A stretch of 58,438 nt of DNA from Parcubacteria bacterium C7867-006 (GCA_001189155.1 LFCP01000007.1:1-58438), one strand, 5' to 3'; shown: positions 1-7,944, counted from the first letter of the stretch. Made by a program: numbers and translations. Notes: generated by a model not told the origin, from the sequence alone.

Positions 1-20
1 GTTATAATTATCAGTGTTCA

Positions 21-147
21 TTAAAAATCCTTTCTCCTCATAACTTTTTCGGAAACAGAATAATTTTCTGCTGAAAATTTTCTTCGCGCTCGTCTCTTCA
101 CGGACTCCGCGATGTTCCGAAAAAATTATGAGTCAACGGATTTTAAA
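21..147. repeat. Family-1 structured palindromic repeat, copy A (conserved block 31-138); its right arm contains the polA start codon
   Basis: The 108-nt block is ~94% identical to 42505-42612. A 20-bp terminal stem pairs CTCATAACTTTTTCGGAAACA with TGTTCCGAAAAAATTATGAG. An outer stem pairs TTAAAAATCC with GGATTTTAA. There is an inner AGAATAATTTTC/GAAAATTTTCTT hairpin. Confidence 0.85.
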
Positions 148-2509
148 AGATATGGTTAAATCTAAACCTCAAAAAACTTTAGTTCTACTAGATGTGCATG
201 CGATACTGCATAGGGCCTATCACGCGCTCCCAGAGTTTGAATCAAGTAAAGGTGAACCGACAGGCGCTTTGTATGGCCTTGGAACTTTTTTAGTAAAACT
301 AGTTAAAGATTTGAAGCCAGATTATATTATCGCTTGTTATGATTTACCAGAAAAAACACTTCGGCACGAGGTCTATGATGGATACAAAGCAGGTAGAAAG
401 AAAATTGATGATGCTCTCATATCACAACTAGAAAGATCAAAGGATGTTTTCAAAGCTTTAAATATTCCAATGTATTCATCTCCTGGATTTGAAGCTGATG
501 ATATGCTCGGAACTATCGTGGAGAAACTAAAAGGGAATAAAGATGTAGATGTCATTATTGCTTCTGGTGATATGGATACTATGCAACTTATTAACGATGA
601 TAAAGTGCGAGTTTATACTTTAAAAAAGGGAATCAAAGACACCATTATATATAACGAGGATGCAGTGAAAGAAAGATTTGGGTTTGGCCCAGAACATTTA
701 ACTGATTACAAAGGTTTGAGAGGGGATCCATCGGATAATATTATTGGAATAAAAGGTATTGGCGAAAAAACTGCAGAGGAGCTTATTAAAAACTTCGGCT
801 CAATAGAGGAAATCTATAAAAAGTTAAAGAAGGATGAAAACGCTTTTGAGAAAGCTGGAATCAAAAAAAGAATCATTGAGCTATTGAAAGAGGGAGAGGA
901 AGAAGCACTCTTTTCAAAAACTTTAGCTACCATCAGAAGAGATGCTCCAATACATTTTACTATTCCCGAGAAAATCTGGCGTGAAGATGTTGATATGAAA
1001 AAAGTTCAGGACTTGTTTGTAGAGTTTGAGTTTAGAACATTGGCAACAAAAATAGCCGAAGTTCTTTCACTAGATATGCCTGAAGGTGTGTCTGCAACCG
1101 CTAGTCCAGAGGAGGTTAGGGAGGTCGGGTTGCTTTTGTGGGTGGTTGATTCAAACAAAACAAATCCAAATCTAGATGATATTTTGTCTTACACAAGAAC
1201 AAACAATATAACTGACGCAAGAAAGTATTTAGAAAATATAATAAAGGATCAGGATCTGTCTTTTGTTGTAGATAGTATAGAGATGCCACTTTTACCTATC
1301 ACAAAAAGGATGACTGAACTTGGAATAAAAATAGATGTAAAAAGGTTAGAAGAGCTTTCGGTAAAGTATCACAAAGAGTTATCAAGTCTCGAAAAACAAA
1401 TATGGAAAATAGTTGGTGAGGAGTTCAACATTTCTTCACCAAAACAGTTGGGAGAAATGTTGTTTGTAAAAATGGGATTAAAAGCGAAAAACCAAAAGAA
1501 AACTGCTAGTGGGGGATTTTCTACAAAAGAATCAGAGTTAGAGAAACTAAAGGATGAACATCCTATTGCAGGACTTATTTTGGAATACAGAGAGCTAGCA
1601 AAACTTCTAGGAACATATATAGATATAATTCCTAAACTAGTGGACACCAACAATAGATTGCATTCAGAGTTTCTTCAGGCCGGTTCTGCTACCGGTAGAA
1701 TGGCTAGTCAGAATCCAGGAATACAAAATATTCCAAATAAAACAGAGTTAGGTCGTGAAATACGAAAGTCGTTTATAGCAGAAAAGGGTTACAAACTTGT
1801 TACTTTTGACTACTCACAAATAGAGCTTCGTATTGCAGCATTTCTCTCTGGGGATAAAAAACTTATAGAAATTTTCAAAGATGGTTTGGACGTTCACACT
1901 GCAGTTGCTTGTGAAGTGTTCGGGGTTGAACCAAAGGATGTAACAAAAGAAATGAGAGGAAAAGCAAAAACTATTAACTTTGGCGTTATGTATGGGATGG
2001 GAGTTACAGCTTTACAAAAAAATATCGGCACAAACAGGGAGGAAGCACAGCAGTTTCTGGATGGATATTTTAATAAGTTTTCTGGGCTTGCGGAATATTT
2101 AGAGAAAGTAAAAATAGAAACAGCTCAAAAAGGCTACACAGAAACTTTTTTTGGACGACGAAGATATTTTCCTGATATTCACTCTAAACTTCCATTTATG
2201 AAAGCTGCAGCAGAGAGAATGGCTATCAACGCACCTATACAGGGAACAGAGGCAGATATTATAAAAATAGCTATGGTTGAGATAGATAAGTTTTTAGAAA
2301 AGAAAAATTTAAAGGATGATGTCAGAATGTTGCTTCAGGTTCATGATGAGTTGGTTTTTGAGATAAAAGAAAATATAGTTGATTCTGCTGCGCCAGAAAT
2401 AAAAAGAATGATGGAGGGGGTGATAGATGTAAAGAAAACAGCAGGGATTGTTATGTTGACTGAGTGCTCTGCAGGGGATAATTGGGTTGAGACCAAGAAA
2501 GTATTATAA
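128..2509 (+). CDS. polA: DNA polymerase I (5'-3' exonuclease plus family A polymerase; short middle domain)
   Basis: 793-aa ORF. The N-terminus has FEN/5'-nuclease and H3TH motifs (GIKGIGEKTA). The C-terminus has family A motifs DYSQIELR, KAKTINFGVMYG and QVHDELVFE. Confidence 0.95.
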   Translation: MSQRILKDMVKSKPQKTLVLLDVHAILHRAYHALPEFESSKGEPTGALYGLGTFLVKLVKDLKPDYIIACYDLPEKTLRHEVYDGYKAGRKKIDDALISQLERSKDVFKALNIPMYSSPGFEADDMLGTIVEKLKGNKDVDVIIASGDMDTMQLINDDKVRVYTLKKGIKDTIIYNEDAVKERFGFGPEHLTDYKGLRGDPSDNIIGIKGIGEKTAEELIKNFGSIEEIYKKLKKDENAFEKAGIKKRIIELLKEGEEEALFSKTLATIRRDAPIHFTIPEKIWREDVDMKKVQDLFVEFEFRTLATKIAEVLSLDMPEGVSATASPEEVREVGLLLWVVDSNKTNPNLDDILSYTRTNNITDARKYLENIIKDQDLSFVVDSIEMPLLPITKRMTELGIKIDVKRLEELSVKYHKELSSLEKQIWKIVGEEFNISSPKQLGEMLFVKMGLKAKNQKKTASGGFSTKESELEKLKDEHPIAGLILEYRELAKLLGTYIDIIPKLVDTNNRLHSEFLQAGSATGRMASQNPGIQNIPNKTELGREIRKSFIAEKGYKLVTFDYSQIELRIAAFLSGDKKLIEIFKDGLDVHTAVACEVFGVEPKDVTKEMRGKAKTINFGVMYGMGVTALQKNIGTNREEAQQFLDGYFNKFSGLAEYLEKVKIETAQKGYTETFFGRRRYFPDIHSKLPFMKAAAERMAINAPIQGTEADIIKIAMVEIDKFLEKKNLKDDVRMLLQVHDELVFEIKENIVDSAAPEIKRMMEGVIDVKKTAGIVMLTECSAGDNWVETKKVL

Positions 2510-2534
2510 TGAAGAGAATATCTTTTTCGCCACG

Positions 2535-2563
2535 ACTTTTTTGGAAACAGAATAATTTTCTGC
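2535..2563 (+). repeat. Family-1 repeat, partial copy C (left arm only), between polA and the holA-like gene
   Basis: The 29 nt ACTTTTTTGGAAACAGAATAATTTTCTGC are identical to 42518-42546 and differ at 1 position from 44-72. Confidence 0.85.
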
Positions 2564-2579
2564 GATATTTTTAAATTAT

Positions 2580-3293
2580 ATGTTATACGTAATCTACGGA
2601 ACAGATACACACAAAGCTAGAGCAAAACTTCACGATCTTTTGGATTTGGCCAAAAAGAAACGTCCTGAAGCTGAACTCTTTAAAATAACTACAGAAAACT
2701 GGAGCGAGGCTCAGTTTGATGAACTTCTGGTCGCTCAGGGGTTGTTTGAACAAAAATACACAACGGTTTTAGATAACTTGTTTGAAAAGAAAGATATAAA
2801 AAATTATGTAATGGATAGATTGGATGGGATGAAGGAGTCAGAGCAGATATTTTTGATGTTAGAGTCGTCCATTGATGCTGCTAGTTTGAAAAAGTTAGAA
2901 AAGTTTGGAGAGAAGGTCCAGGAGTTTGAGAAAAAGGAAGACAAAAAACCAAACATAAATATTTTTTCTATCACAGATGGACTGGTTCAAAAAGATAAAA
3001 AGAAACTTTGGATTTCATATATTGATTTGCTTGGAAAGGGAGCTGTAGCAGAGGAGATTCACGGAATAATATTTTGGCAGGTGAAAAATATGGTTCTAGC
3101 TAGTAGGGCAGGAAGCGCGGGAGAGACAGGGCTTTCTCCTTTTGTTTATAAAAATGCACTAACGGGGGCGAGGAACTACAAGACAGAAGAGCTCCAAAAA
3201 ATGTCAGGTGAGTTAGTGGATATGACTCATAGAGTGAGACAGGGAAAAGGGGAACTAGAGGTTATGATTGAAAAGTGGGTATTGAATCTTTAG
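2580..3293 (+). CDS. DNA polymerase III delta subunit-like protein (HolA-like), short form
   Basis: 237-aa ORF directly after polA. The N-terminal YGTD...AEL pattern and overall helical, K/E-rich layout resemble the clamp-loader delta subunit. By-eye call only. Confidence 0.4.
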   Translation: MLYVIYGTDTHKARAKLHDLLDLAKKKRPEAELFKITTENWSEAQFDELLVAQGLFEQKYTTVLDNLFEKKDIKNYVMDRLDGMKESEQIFLMLESSIDAASLKKLEKFGEKVQEFEKKEDKKPNINIFSITDGLVQKDKKKLWISYIDLLGKGAVAEEIHGIIFWQVKNMVLASRAGSAGETGLSPFVYKNALTGARNYKTEELQKMSGELVDMTHRVRQGKGELEVMIEKWVLNL

Positions 3294-3415
3294 CGTCTTT
3301 TTCAACAATTTCTGCGTTGCTCGCTCCGGTTGTTCCACGCGCAGTAGGTTTACTACAGCTTGGTCACAAGCCTCACTCGCGCCTTTAAATTCTTGAAAAA
3401 TCCATCTAAAGAGGA
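3294..3415. repeat. Family-2 structured palindromic element, copy D
   Basis: Long imperfect inverted repeat (CTTTTTCAACAATTT ... AAATTCTTGAAAAAT) enclosing the core TCCACGCGCAGTA-N7-TACAGCTTGGTC (3334-3365). The same core is found at 40606-40637. Confidence 0.75.
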
Positions 3416-3470
3416 TTGTAAAATTGGACTTTCAGTTTTTTTCTGGTATATTTTTAAAGTTACTTAAGTT

Positions 3471-3546
3471 GCGCCCGTAGCTCAGTCGGTAGAGCAGCTC
3501 CCTTTTAAGGAGAGGGTCGCAGGTTCGATTCCTGCCGGGCGCACCA
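3471..3546 (+). tRNA. tRNA-Lys (anticodon TTT), CCA encoded
   Basis: Cloverleaf with acceptor GCGCCCG/CGGGCGC, anticodon loop CTTTTAA, T-arm GCAGGTTCGATTCCTGC, and discriminator A followed by CCA. Confidence 0.93.
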
Positions 3547-3547
3547 A

Positions 3548-3568
3548 TAAACCGCGTAAGCGGTTTTT
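3548..3568 (+). terminator. Intrinsic terminator after tRNA-Lys
   Basis: AAACCGC-GTAA-GCGGTTTTT hairpin followed by a T-run. Confidence 0.7.
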
Positions 3569-3689
3569 GTGCACCTCGGAGAAAGACGTGGGTACGTCTT
3601 TCGTCAGGAATCGAAGACCTGTGATAGTTTTTTATGAGCAAAGCGAAATAAAAAACAGAACAGGTGTACTGACTATGTAATGGTCTATA

Positions 3690-3704
3690 TCCTGCCGGGC
3701 GCAC
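3690..3704 (+). repeat. Direct repeat of the 3' end of tRNA-Lys (att-like scar)
   Basis: TCCTGCCGGGCGCAC at 3690-3704 is identical to 3530-3544, which is the T-stem 3' strand plus the acceptor 3' strand of the tRNA. Confidence 0.8.
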
Positions 3705-3709
3705 AATTT

Positions 3710-3740
3710 AAAAAAACCTCGACCAATCGAGGGTTTTTTT
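3710..3740. terminator. Bidirectional intrinsic terminator
   Basis: AAAAAAACCTCGA-CCAA-TCGAGGGTTTTTTT; the A-run and T-run flank a GC stem. Confidence 0.7.
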
Positions 3741-3748
3741 AAATTAAT

Positions 3749-4024
3749 TTATTTACCTTGTTGTTTTCTCAATCCAATGGTTGTTTCTAAAAAGAATATT
3801 TCTTCCGGTATAAATTTTTCACGGTTTTCTTCTAGGTATTGAGATATTTCTTCTCCTGTTTTGCCAGCAGTGTATGCCAAAAGGTTGTTAGGATCTTCTA
3901 TCGCATAAAGTCTTTCTATAGCTTCCATTACAGCTTGTTGTTCTGTGGAAGTTTCTGGTTTCGGTAAAGAAACATCTATACTGTTTATTGGTTCATTTTC
4001 CATATTTTTATAAAGGTAAATCAA
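3749..4024 (-). CDS. Hypothetical small acidic protein (alternative start at 4003)
   Basis: 91-aa ORF with coding-like composition. No recognisable motif. Confidence 0.5.
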   Translation of the reverse strand: MIYLYKNMENEPINSIDVSLPKPETSTEQQAVMEAIERLYAIEDPNNLLAYTAGKTGEEISQYLEENREKFIPEEIFFLETTIGLRKQQGK

Positions 4025-4364
4025 AAGCTATAATACCTGGTCCAGTAACTAGTAGAGATAGAAGTATTACTCCAGCAAAAACATAAATTATCATTTGTTC
4101 TTTTGAAACAGGGGAGACTTTTCGTTTCATCCACCAGTCTATTTTTATTGTGATGATAGATAGAACTGCGACTGCTTGTGTAAACAACCCAACTAGAACC
4201 ATAGTTCCAAAAATAGAGTAGAGAAGTCCGAGCCATTTGTTTGAACTATTTTTATATATATTCCAGCCAGAGTTTATCAAAAACAGTGCCACAGCTAAAC
4301 GGAGAATTGTTGGGGCTAATAATTCAAAAGTGAATAATGATGGGAATAATGAAAGTGTATGCAT
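4008..4364 (-). CDS. Small integral membrane protein (DoxX-like, 3-4 TM helices)
   Basis: 118-aa ORF with hydrophobic segments typical of the DoxX family. Confidence 0.55.
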   Translation of the reverse strand: MHTLSLFPSLFTFELLAPTILRLAVALFLINSGWNIYKNSSNKWLGLLYSIFGTMVLVGLFTQAVAVLSIITIKIDWWMKRKVSPVSKEQMIIYVFAGVILLSLLVTGPGIIAFDLPL

Positions 4365-4428
4365 ATCACAATTATATGGTATATTTCCGGTTATGACAAA
4401 AGTCGCGACAAAGGGTAAGAAAACATAA

Positions 4429-4896
4429 AAAGAAATAGCTGTTTTACTACACGATATTCGTTCAACTCACAATGTTGGGTCTATTTTTCGTACATCAGAT
4501 ACTCTGGGTGTTACAAAAATCTATATATCTGGTTACACCCCAACTCCACTAGATAAGTTTGGAAGAAACAGAAAAGACATAGCCAAAGTGGCTTTGGGAG
4601 CAGAGAAAACTATTGCGTGGGAGTATATTGATGAGCCAAATAAACTTTTGAAAAAGTTATCTAAAGATGGATATCAGATTATCGGAGTAGAGCAGTCAGA
4701 GAAATCTGTGGACTATAAAAAAGTCAAAGTAAAATTTCCAGTTTTGTTTATTGTTGGAAATGAGGTGACAGGAATGGAAAAAGATATGTTAAAACTTTGT
4801 GATGTTGTTGCAGAAATACCACAGAAGGGGGAGAAGGAGTCATTAAATGTTTCTGTGGCTTTTGGTGTTGCTCTTTTTCGAATGCTTAATATTTGA
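4429..4896 (+). CDS. SpoU/TrmH-family RNA 2'-O-methyltransferase; start unresolved, possibly disrupted
   Basis: SpoU motif 1 (NVGSIFRTSD) is encoded at ~4470-4500, upstream of the tracked GTG start at 4588 and in the same frame. The C-terminal motifs IVGNEVTGM and ESLNVSVAFGVALF are present. Between the in-frame TAA (4426-4428) and motif 1 there is no ATG/GTG/TTG. Confidence 0.7.
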   Translation, partial: KEIAVLLHDIRSTHNVGSIFRTSDTLGVTKIYISGYTPTPLDKFGRNRKDIAKVALGAEKTIAWEYIDEPNKLLKKLSKDGYQIIGVEQSEKSVDYKKVKVKFPVLFIVGNEVTGMEKDMLKLCDVVAEIPQKGEKESLNVSVAFGVALFRMLNI

Positions 4897-5785
4897 TTTC
4901 GTCTACTATTTTTCCGTACTCATCTAGCAGTACAACATCTTCTCTAGTATTTTTCCAAAGATGCTCACTTCGTTTCAGGTAGACTCGCCAGTCTTTTTGG
5001 TAGAAGTCTTGGTCGTTTTTGTGGGTATCAACACATGCTGGGTAATTTATTTTTTTGTATATAAAGTCTATACACTCAGCACTCCATTTCTGAGAGCTAG
5101 CTGGTAGAGGGTTTGTTTGAATTCTGCAAGACGGCATTGAGTTTATAAAATCAAAACAAGAGTCGTTATATACAGTTTTGGGTATAGAAGATAGGTTTTC
5201 ATTTCTTGGTGCAGGGCAATAGCCACCAATATACGGTATAAAAGTTTGGAATTGATTTAAGTACCCAGAACATTTATTTACTTTAAAACTCGCTCCGTTT
5301 GGAGAAATACCTGTTATTAAATATAAAGTTTCGTTCGCAGAAAGATATATATCTTGTTCTGAATTTATACTGTTTGCAAAAAATAGGTATGAGGCTTGTG
5401 GTATTTTTACACTTACTCCGCTAGACAGACTCTTTAAGGTCCAACCTGTAATTTTTATAGATGTTGTTGCTGTGCTGTTTACGTGTATTGATATGTATTC
5501 TTTAGATGGATCACTAGAGTGATTTATGAAGTAAAGATCTACTATATTTTTATATCTAGATTGTGTTTTTTTAGCTTCTTCTATAGCAACTTGTTTTTTA
5601 AGTTCATCTACTTTGTATTTTGTATCTGTTATCTGGCGTTGAATGTCTGCTTGCTGTTGTGCTGGAGTTTTTGGAGTAGGAGAAAAAAGACTTCCGCCCT
5701 TGCTTGTGCTTTCAGTTCCACCAACTAGCAAAACAGCTAGTATTATGACTATTATCATAAGGCCAGAATTATTGCTTTTTCCCAT
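4886..5785 (-). CDS. Membrane-anchored extracellular protein with a lamin-tail-like (LTD) domain
   Basis: 299 aa. N-terminal TM anchor, coiled-coil segment, then the pattern IKITGWTLKS...IYLSANETLYLITG that is typical of LTD. Confidence 0.55.
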   Translation of the reverse strand: MGKSNNSGLMIIVIILAVLLVGGTESTSKGGSLFSPTPKTPAQQQADIQRQITDTKYKVDELKKQVAIEEAKKTQSRYKNIVDLYFINHSSDPSKEYISIHVNSTATTSIKITGWTLKSLSSGVSVKIPQASYLFFANSINSEQDIYLSANETLYLITGISPNGASFKVNKCSGYLNQFQTFIPYIGGYCPAPRNENLSSIPKTVYNDSCFDFINSMPSCRIQTNPLPASSQKWSAECIDFIYKKINYPACVDTHKNDQDFYQKDWRVYLKRSEHLWKNTREDVVLLDEYGKIVDEIKY

Positions 5786-5805
5786 ATCTATATTCTACTA
5801 CAAAA

Positions 5806-6705
5806 TTATTTTTGATGCGTGTTGCAAAAATGTGCACTTCTACCACCAATTATTTTTCTTTGTATTACTCCATCACACCCCCTTTTCAAACATTTTTGTT
5901 TTACTCTTCTGTAAACTTTGTGAGCGTTCTGGAAGTTTCCTTTTTCCCCATAAATATTTCTATAGTCAGACATTGAGTCTCCACCCATTTTAATAGAGTG
6001 TTCCAGTATTTCTCCTGTGGCTTTCCATATGTCTTTTATTTCTTTATCCATTAAACTCCCCGGTTTTCTTTCTGGGTGAATGTTTGCGGTCCAGAGTATT
6101 TCGTCAGAATATATGTTTCCAATACCTGCTATTACACTCTGGTCCATTAAAACAGTTTTTATATCCCAGTTTGGTTTGGTCAGAATCTGTTTTTTCAAAG
6201 TTTCTTTTGAAAGGTTATCTAGAGGTTCTGGCCCAAGTCCAACTAGGTCTATGTGAGAGTTCTTTTTATCTGTCTCAAACATTAAAACTTTTGCAAATTT
6301 TCTCATATCTGAAAATGCTAAAGATTTTCCGTTTGATAGGTTGAATATAAGATGGATAAATTTATTGAACGGATCAGATAGGAGAGGAGCATCACTTTTC
6401 CATTTTTTACCATCCCACTCGTATTTACCATACAAAAGGTGCCCGGTCATTTTCATATGAATCAAAACAGTTTTGTTGTTAGTAAAATGTATCAATACAT
6501 TTTTTCCTCTTCTTTCTGCTGACTTAAATTTTTCTCCCATGAGCTCATTTCTGAATTTTCCAAAGTATTTTTTATTTTTTATATTGTCAGTTCTTTTGTT
6601 TGCAGTTTTTATATAGTAATCAGACCACACATCTTTGATGGTAAGTTTTGGCATAACCTCATTAAGTCCATTAACCGTTGTTGTTACTTCTGGTAGCTCA
6701 GGCAT
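5806..6705 (-). CDS. mutM: Formamidopyrimidine-DNA glycosylase / Fpg-Nei family
   Basis: Starts with MPELPEV (catalytic Pro2, Glu3). H2TH region and C-terminal Cys-rich zinc-finger-like segment are present. Confidence 0.9.
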   Translation of the reverse strand: MPELPEVTTTVNGLNEVMPKLTIKDVWSDYYIKTANKRTDNIKNKKYFGKFRNELMGEKFKSAERRGKNVLIHFTNNKTVLIHMKMTGHLLYGKYEWDGKKWKSDAPLLSDPFNKFIHLIFNLSNGKSLAFSDMRKFAKVLMFETDKKNSHIDLVGLGPEPLDNLSKETLKKQILTKPNWDIKTVLMDQSVIAGIGNIYSDEILWTANIHPERKPGSLMDKEIKDIWKATGEILEHSIKMGGDSMSDYRNIYGEKGNFQNAHKVYRRVKQKCLKRGCDGVIQRKIIGGRSAHFCNTHQK

Positions 6706-6773
6706 ATTAGGGGGATTATATATCTATGATAGGGGTATGGGCAAATTATTTTGTTTTTTGGTAATATGTTTGT

Positions 6774-7022
6774 ATGGAAGAATTAAAAGAATCAATGGAT
6801 GTTAGTTATGAAGTCGCTGAAGATTTTGAGTCTTTGTATGAGATGATAAAGGTAGTTAATTCTGACCCAAAGGATCCTACTAACTCAAAGATCGCAGAAG
6901 ATTTGATAATGATGATTGAGGATGTTAGGTCTGGTGAAGGTGCACTTTCAGATGTTCCAGAGACTTTTGGTCTGAGATCTGCAGTAGAAAGATTACTTGA
7001 GTCAGAAACTAAACAATCTTAA
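6774..7022 (+). CDS. Hypothetical small acidic protein
   Basis: 82-aa ORF with no recognisable motif. Confidence 0.45.
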   Translation: MEELKESMDVSYEVAEDFESLYEMIKVVNSDPKDPTNSKIAEDLIMMIEDVRSGEGALSDVPETFGLRSAVERLLESETKQS

Positions 7023-7579
7023 GATAACAGTTTCAAAGCTTTTTTAACTTTGTCTCCAGTGTCTTTTGCATCAACAACTTTTTTCAAAGCTTCTCTAGCT
7101 TCTTTTTCTCCGTACCCAAGAGATTTAAGTGCTTCAAGTGCATCAACATCTCCAGAAACAAAATCAACACCATCAGATGTCCACCCATCAAGTTTGTCTT
7201 TAAGCTCAAGAACTATTTTTTCTGCATTTTTCTTTCCAACACCAGATACTTTTGTCAGATGACTAGTGTCTCCTGTAGATATTGCATGTCGCAGATTTTG
7301 TAGGGTAGCGACAGATAGAATCCCCATTGCAGATTTTGGCCCTATGCCAGATACAGTTAAAAGCAGTTCAAAAAACCCCAGTTCCTCTTTTGTTGTAAAT
7401 CCATATAAATCTAAAGCATTTTCTCTGACAGCAAGATATGTCCAAAATTCAATGTTTTTGCTGTTTTGACTATCCAAAACAGCTGTATTTGTGTGTACTT
7501 TGTACCCAACTCCAGAAACATCCAATATTACTGATTTCAAGTCCTGGTGGATTATGGTGCCTTTTAAGTGTCCTATCAT
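7019..7579 (-). CDS. ruvA: Holliday junction DNA helicase subunit RuvA
   Basis: 186 aa. MIGHLKGTI start, OB fold, two HhH motifs (VSGIGPKSA, VSGVGKKNAEKI) and a C-terminal domain III. Confidence 0.92.
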   Translation of the reverse strand: MIGHLKGTIIHQDLKSVILDVSGVGYKVHTNTAVLDSQNSKNIEFWTYLAVRENALDLYGFTTKEELGFFELLLTVSGIGPKSAMGILSVATLQNLRHAISTGDTSHLTKVSGVGKKNAEKIVLELKDKLDGWTSDGVDFVSGDVDALEALKSLGYGEKEAREALKKVVDAKDTGDKVKKALKLLS

Positions 7580-7650
7580 AGCTATATCATACTGTATTTG
7601 AATAGAAGGGGCTATTGTCTTTTTTAGGAATTTGTTATAGTATGACGCTC

Positions 7651-7914
7651 ATGCCAATAACAAAGTCAGCTAAAAAAGCTCTTCGCGGTTCTGAAAAGAA
7701 ACGACTATTTAACGTAAACAAAAAAGAGCTAATAAACAAAGCAGTAAAGAAAGTTAAAAAACTAGTAGCAGAAAAGAAGGGAAAGGAGGCTCTAGCTCTT
7801 ATGCCTGAAGTTCAAAAAATACTAGATAAGTCAGTAAAGACAGGACTTTTGAAACTAAATGCAGCTTCGAGAAAGAAATCAAGACTAGTTGCGATGATAA
7901 AGAAAGCAAACTAA
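7651..7914 (+). CDS. rpsT: 30S ribosomal protein S20
   Basis: The start MPITKSAKKALRGSEKKR and the basic helical composition fit S20. The tracked ORF begins at a TTG (7615), but the ATG at 7651 fits the S20 N-terminus. Confidence 0.85.
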   Translation: MPITKSAKKALRGSEKKRLFNVNKKELINKAVKKVKKLVAEKKGKEALALMPEVQKILDKSVKTGLLKLNAASRKKSRLVAMIKKAN

Positions 7915-7915
7915 C

Positions 7916-7944
7916 AAAAAACCGCGAATCGCGGTTTTTTGTTT
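7916..7944 (+). terminator. Intrinsic terminator after rpsT
   Basis: AAAAAACCGCG-AAT-CGCGGTTTTTTGTTTT. Confidence 0.8.

Noticed and set aside
44-72. Known operator or promoter classes for the family-1 core: LexA/SOS boxes (CTGT-N8-ACAG, GAAC-N4-GTTC) and the sigma54 promoter (GG-N10-GC).
   Set aside because: Spacing and half-sites do not fit any consensus I know. CAGAA-N5-TTCTG is only a generic dyad, and the GG...GC spacing is 17 rather than 10. A regulatory role remains a hypothesis without a named factor.
3432-3704. A 90-aa minus-strand ORF across tRNA-Lys, and similar ORFs across tRNA-Leu (14631-14912; start of 14859-15557).
   Set aside because: They overlap well-formed tRNA genes and have no protein-like features. 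The DedA gene is better started at the ATG at 14916.
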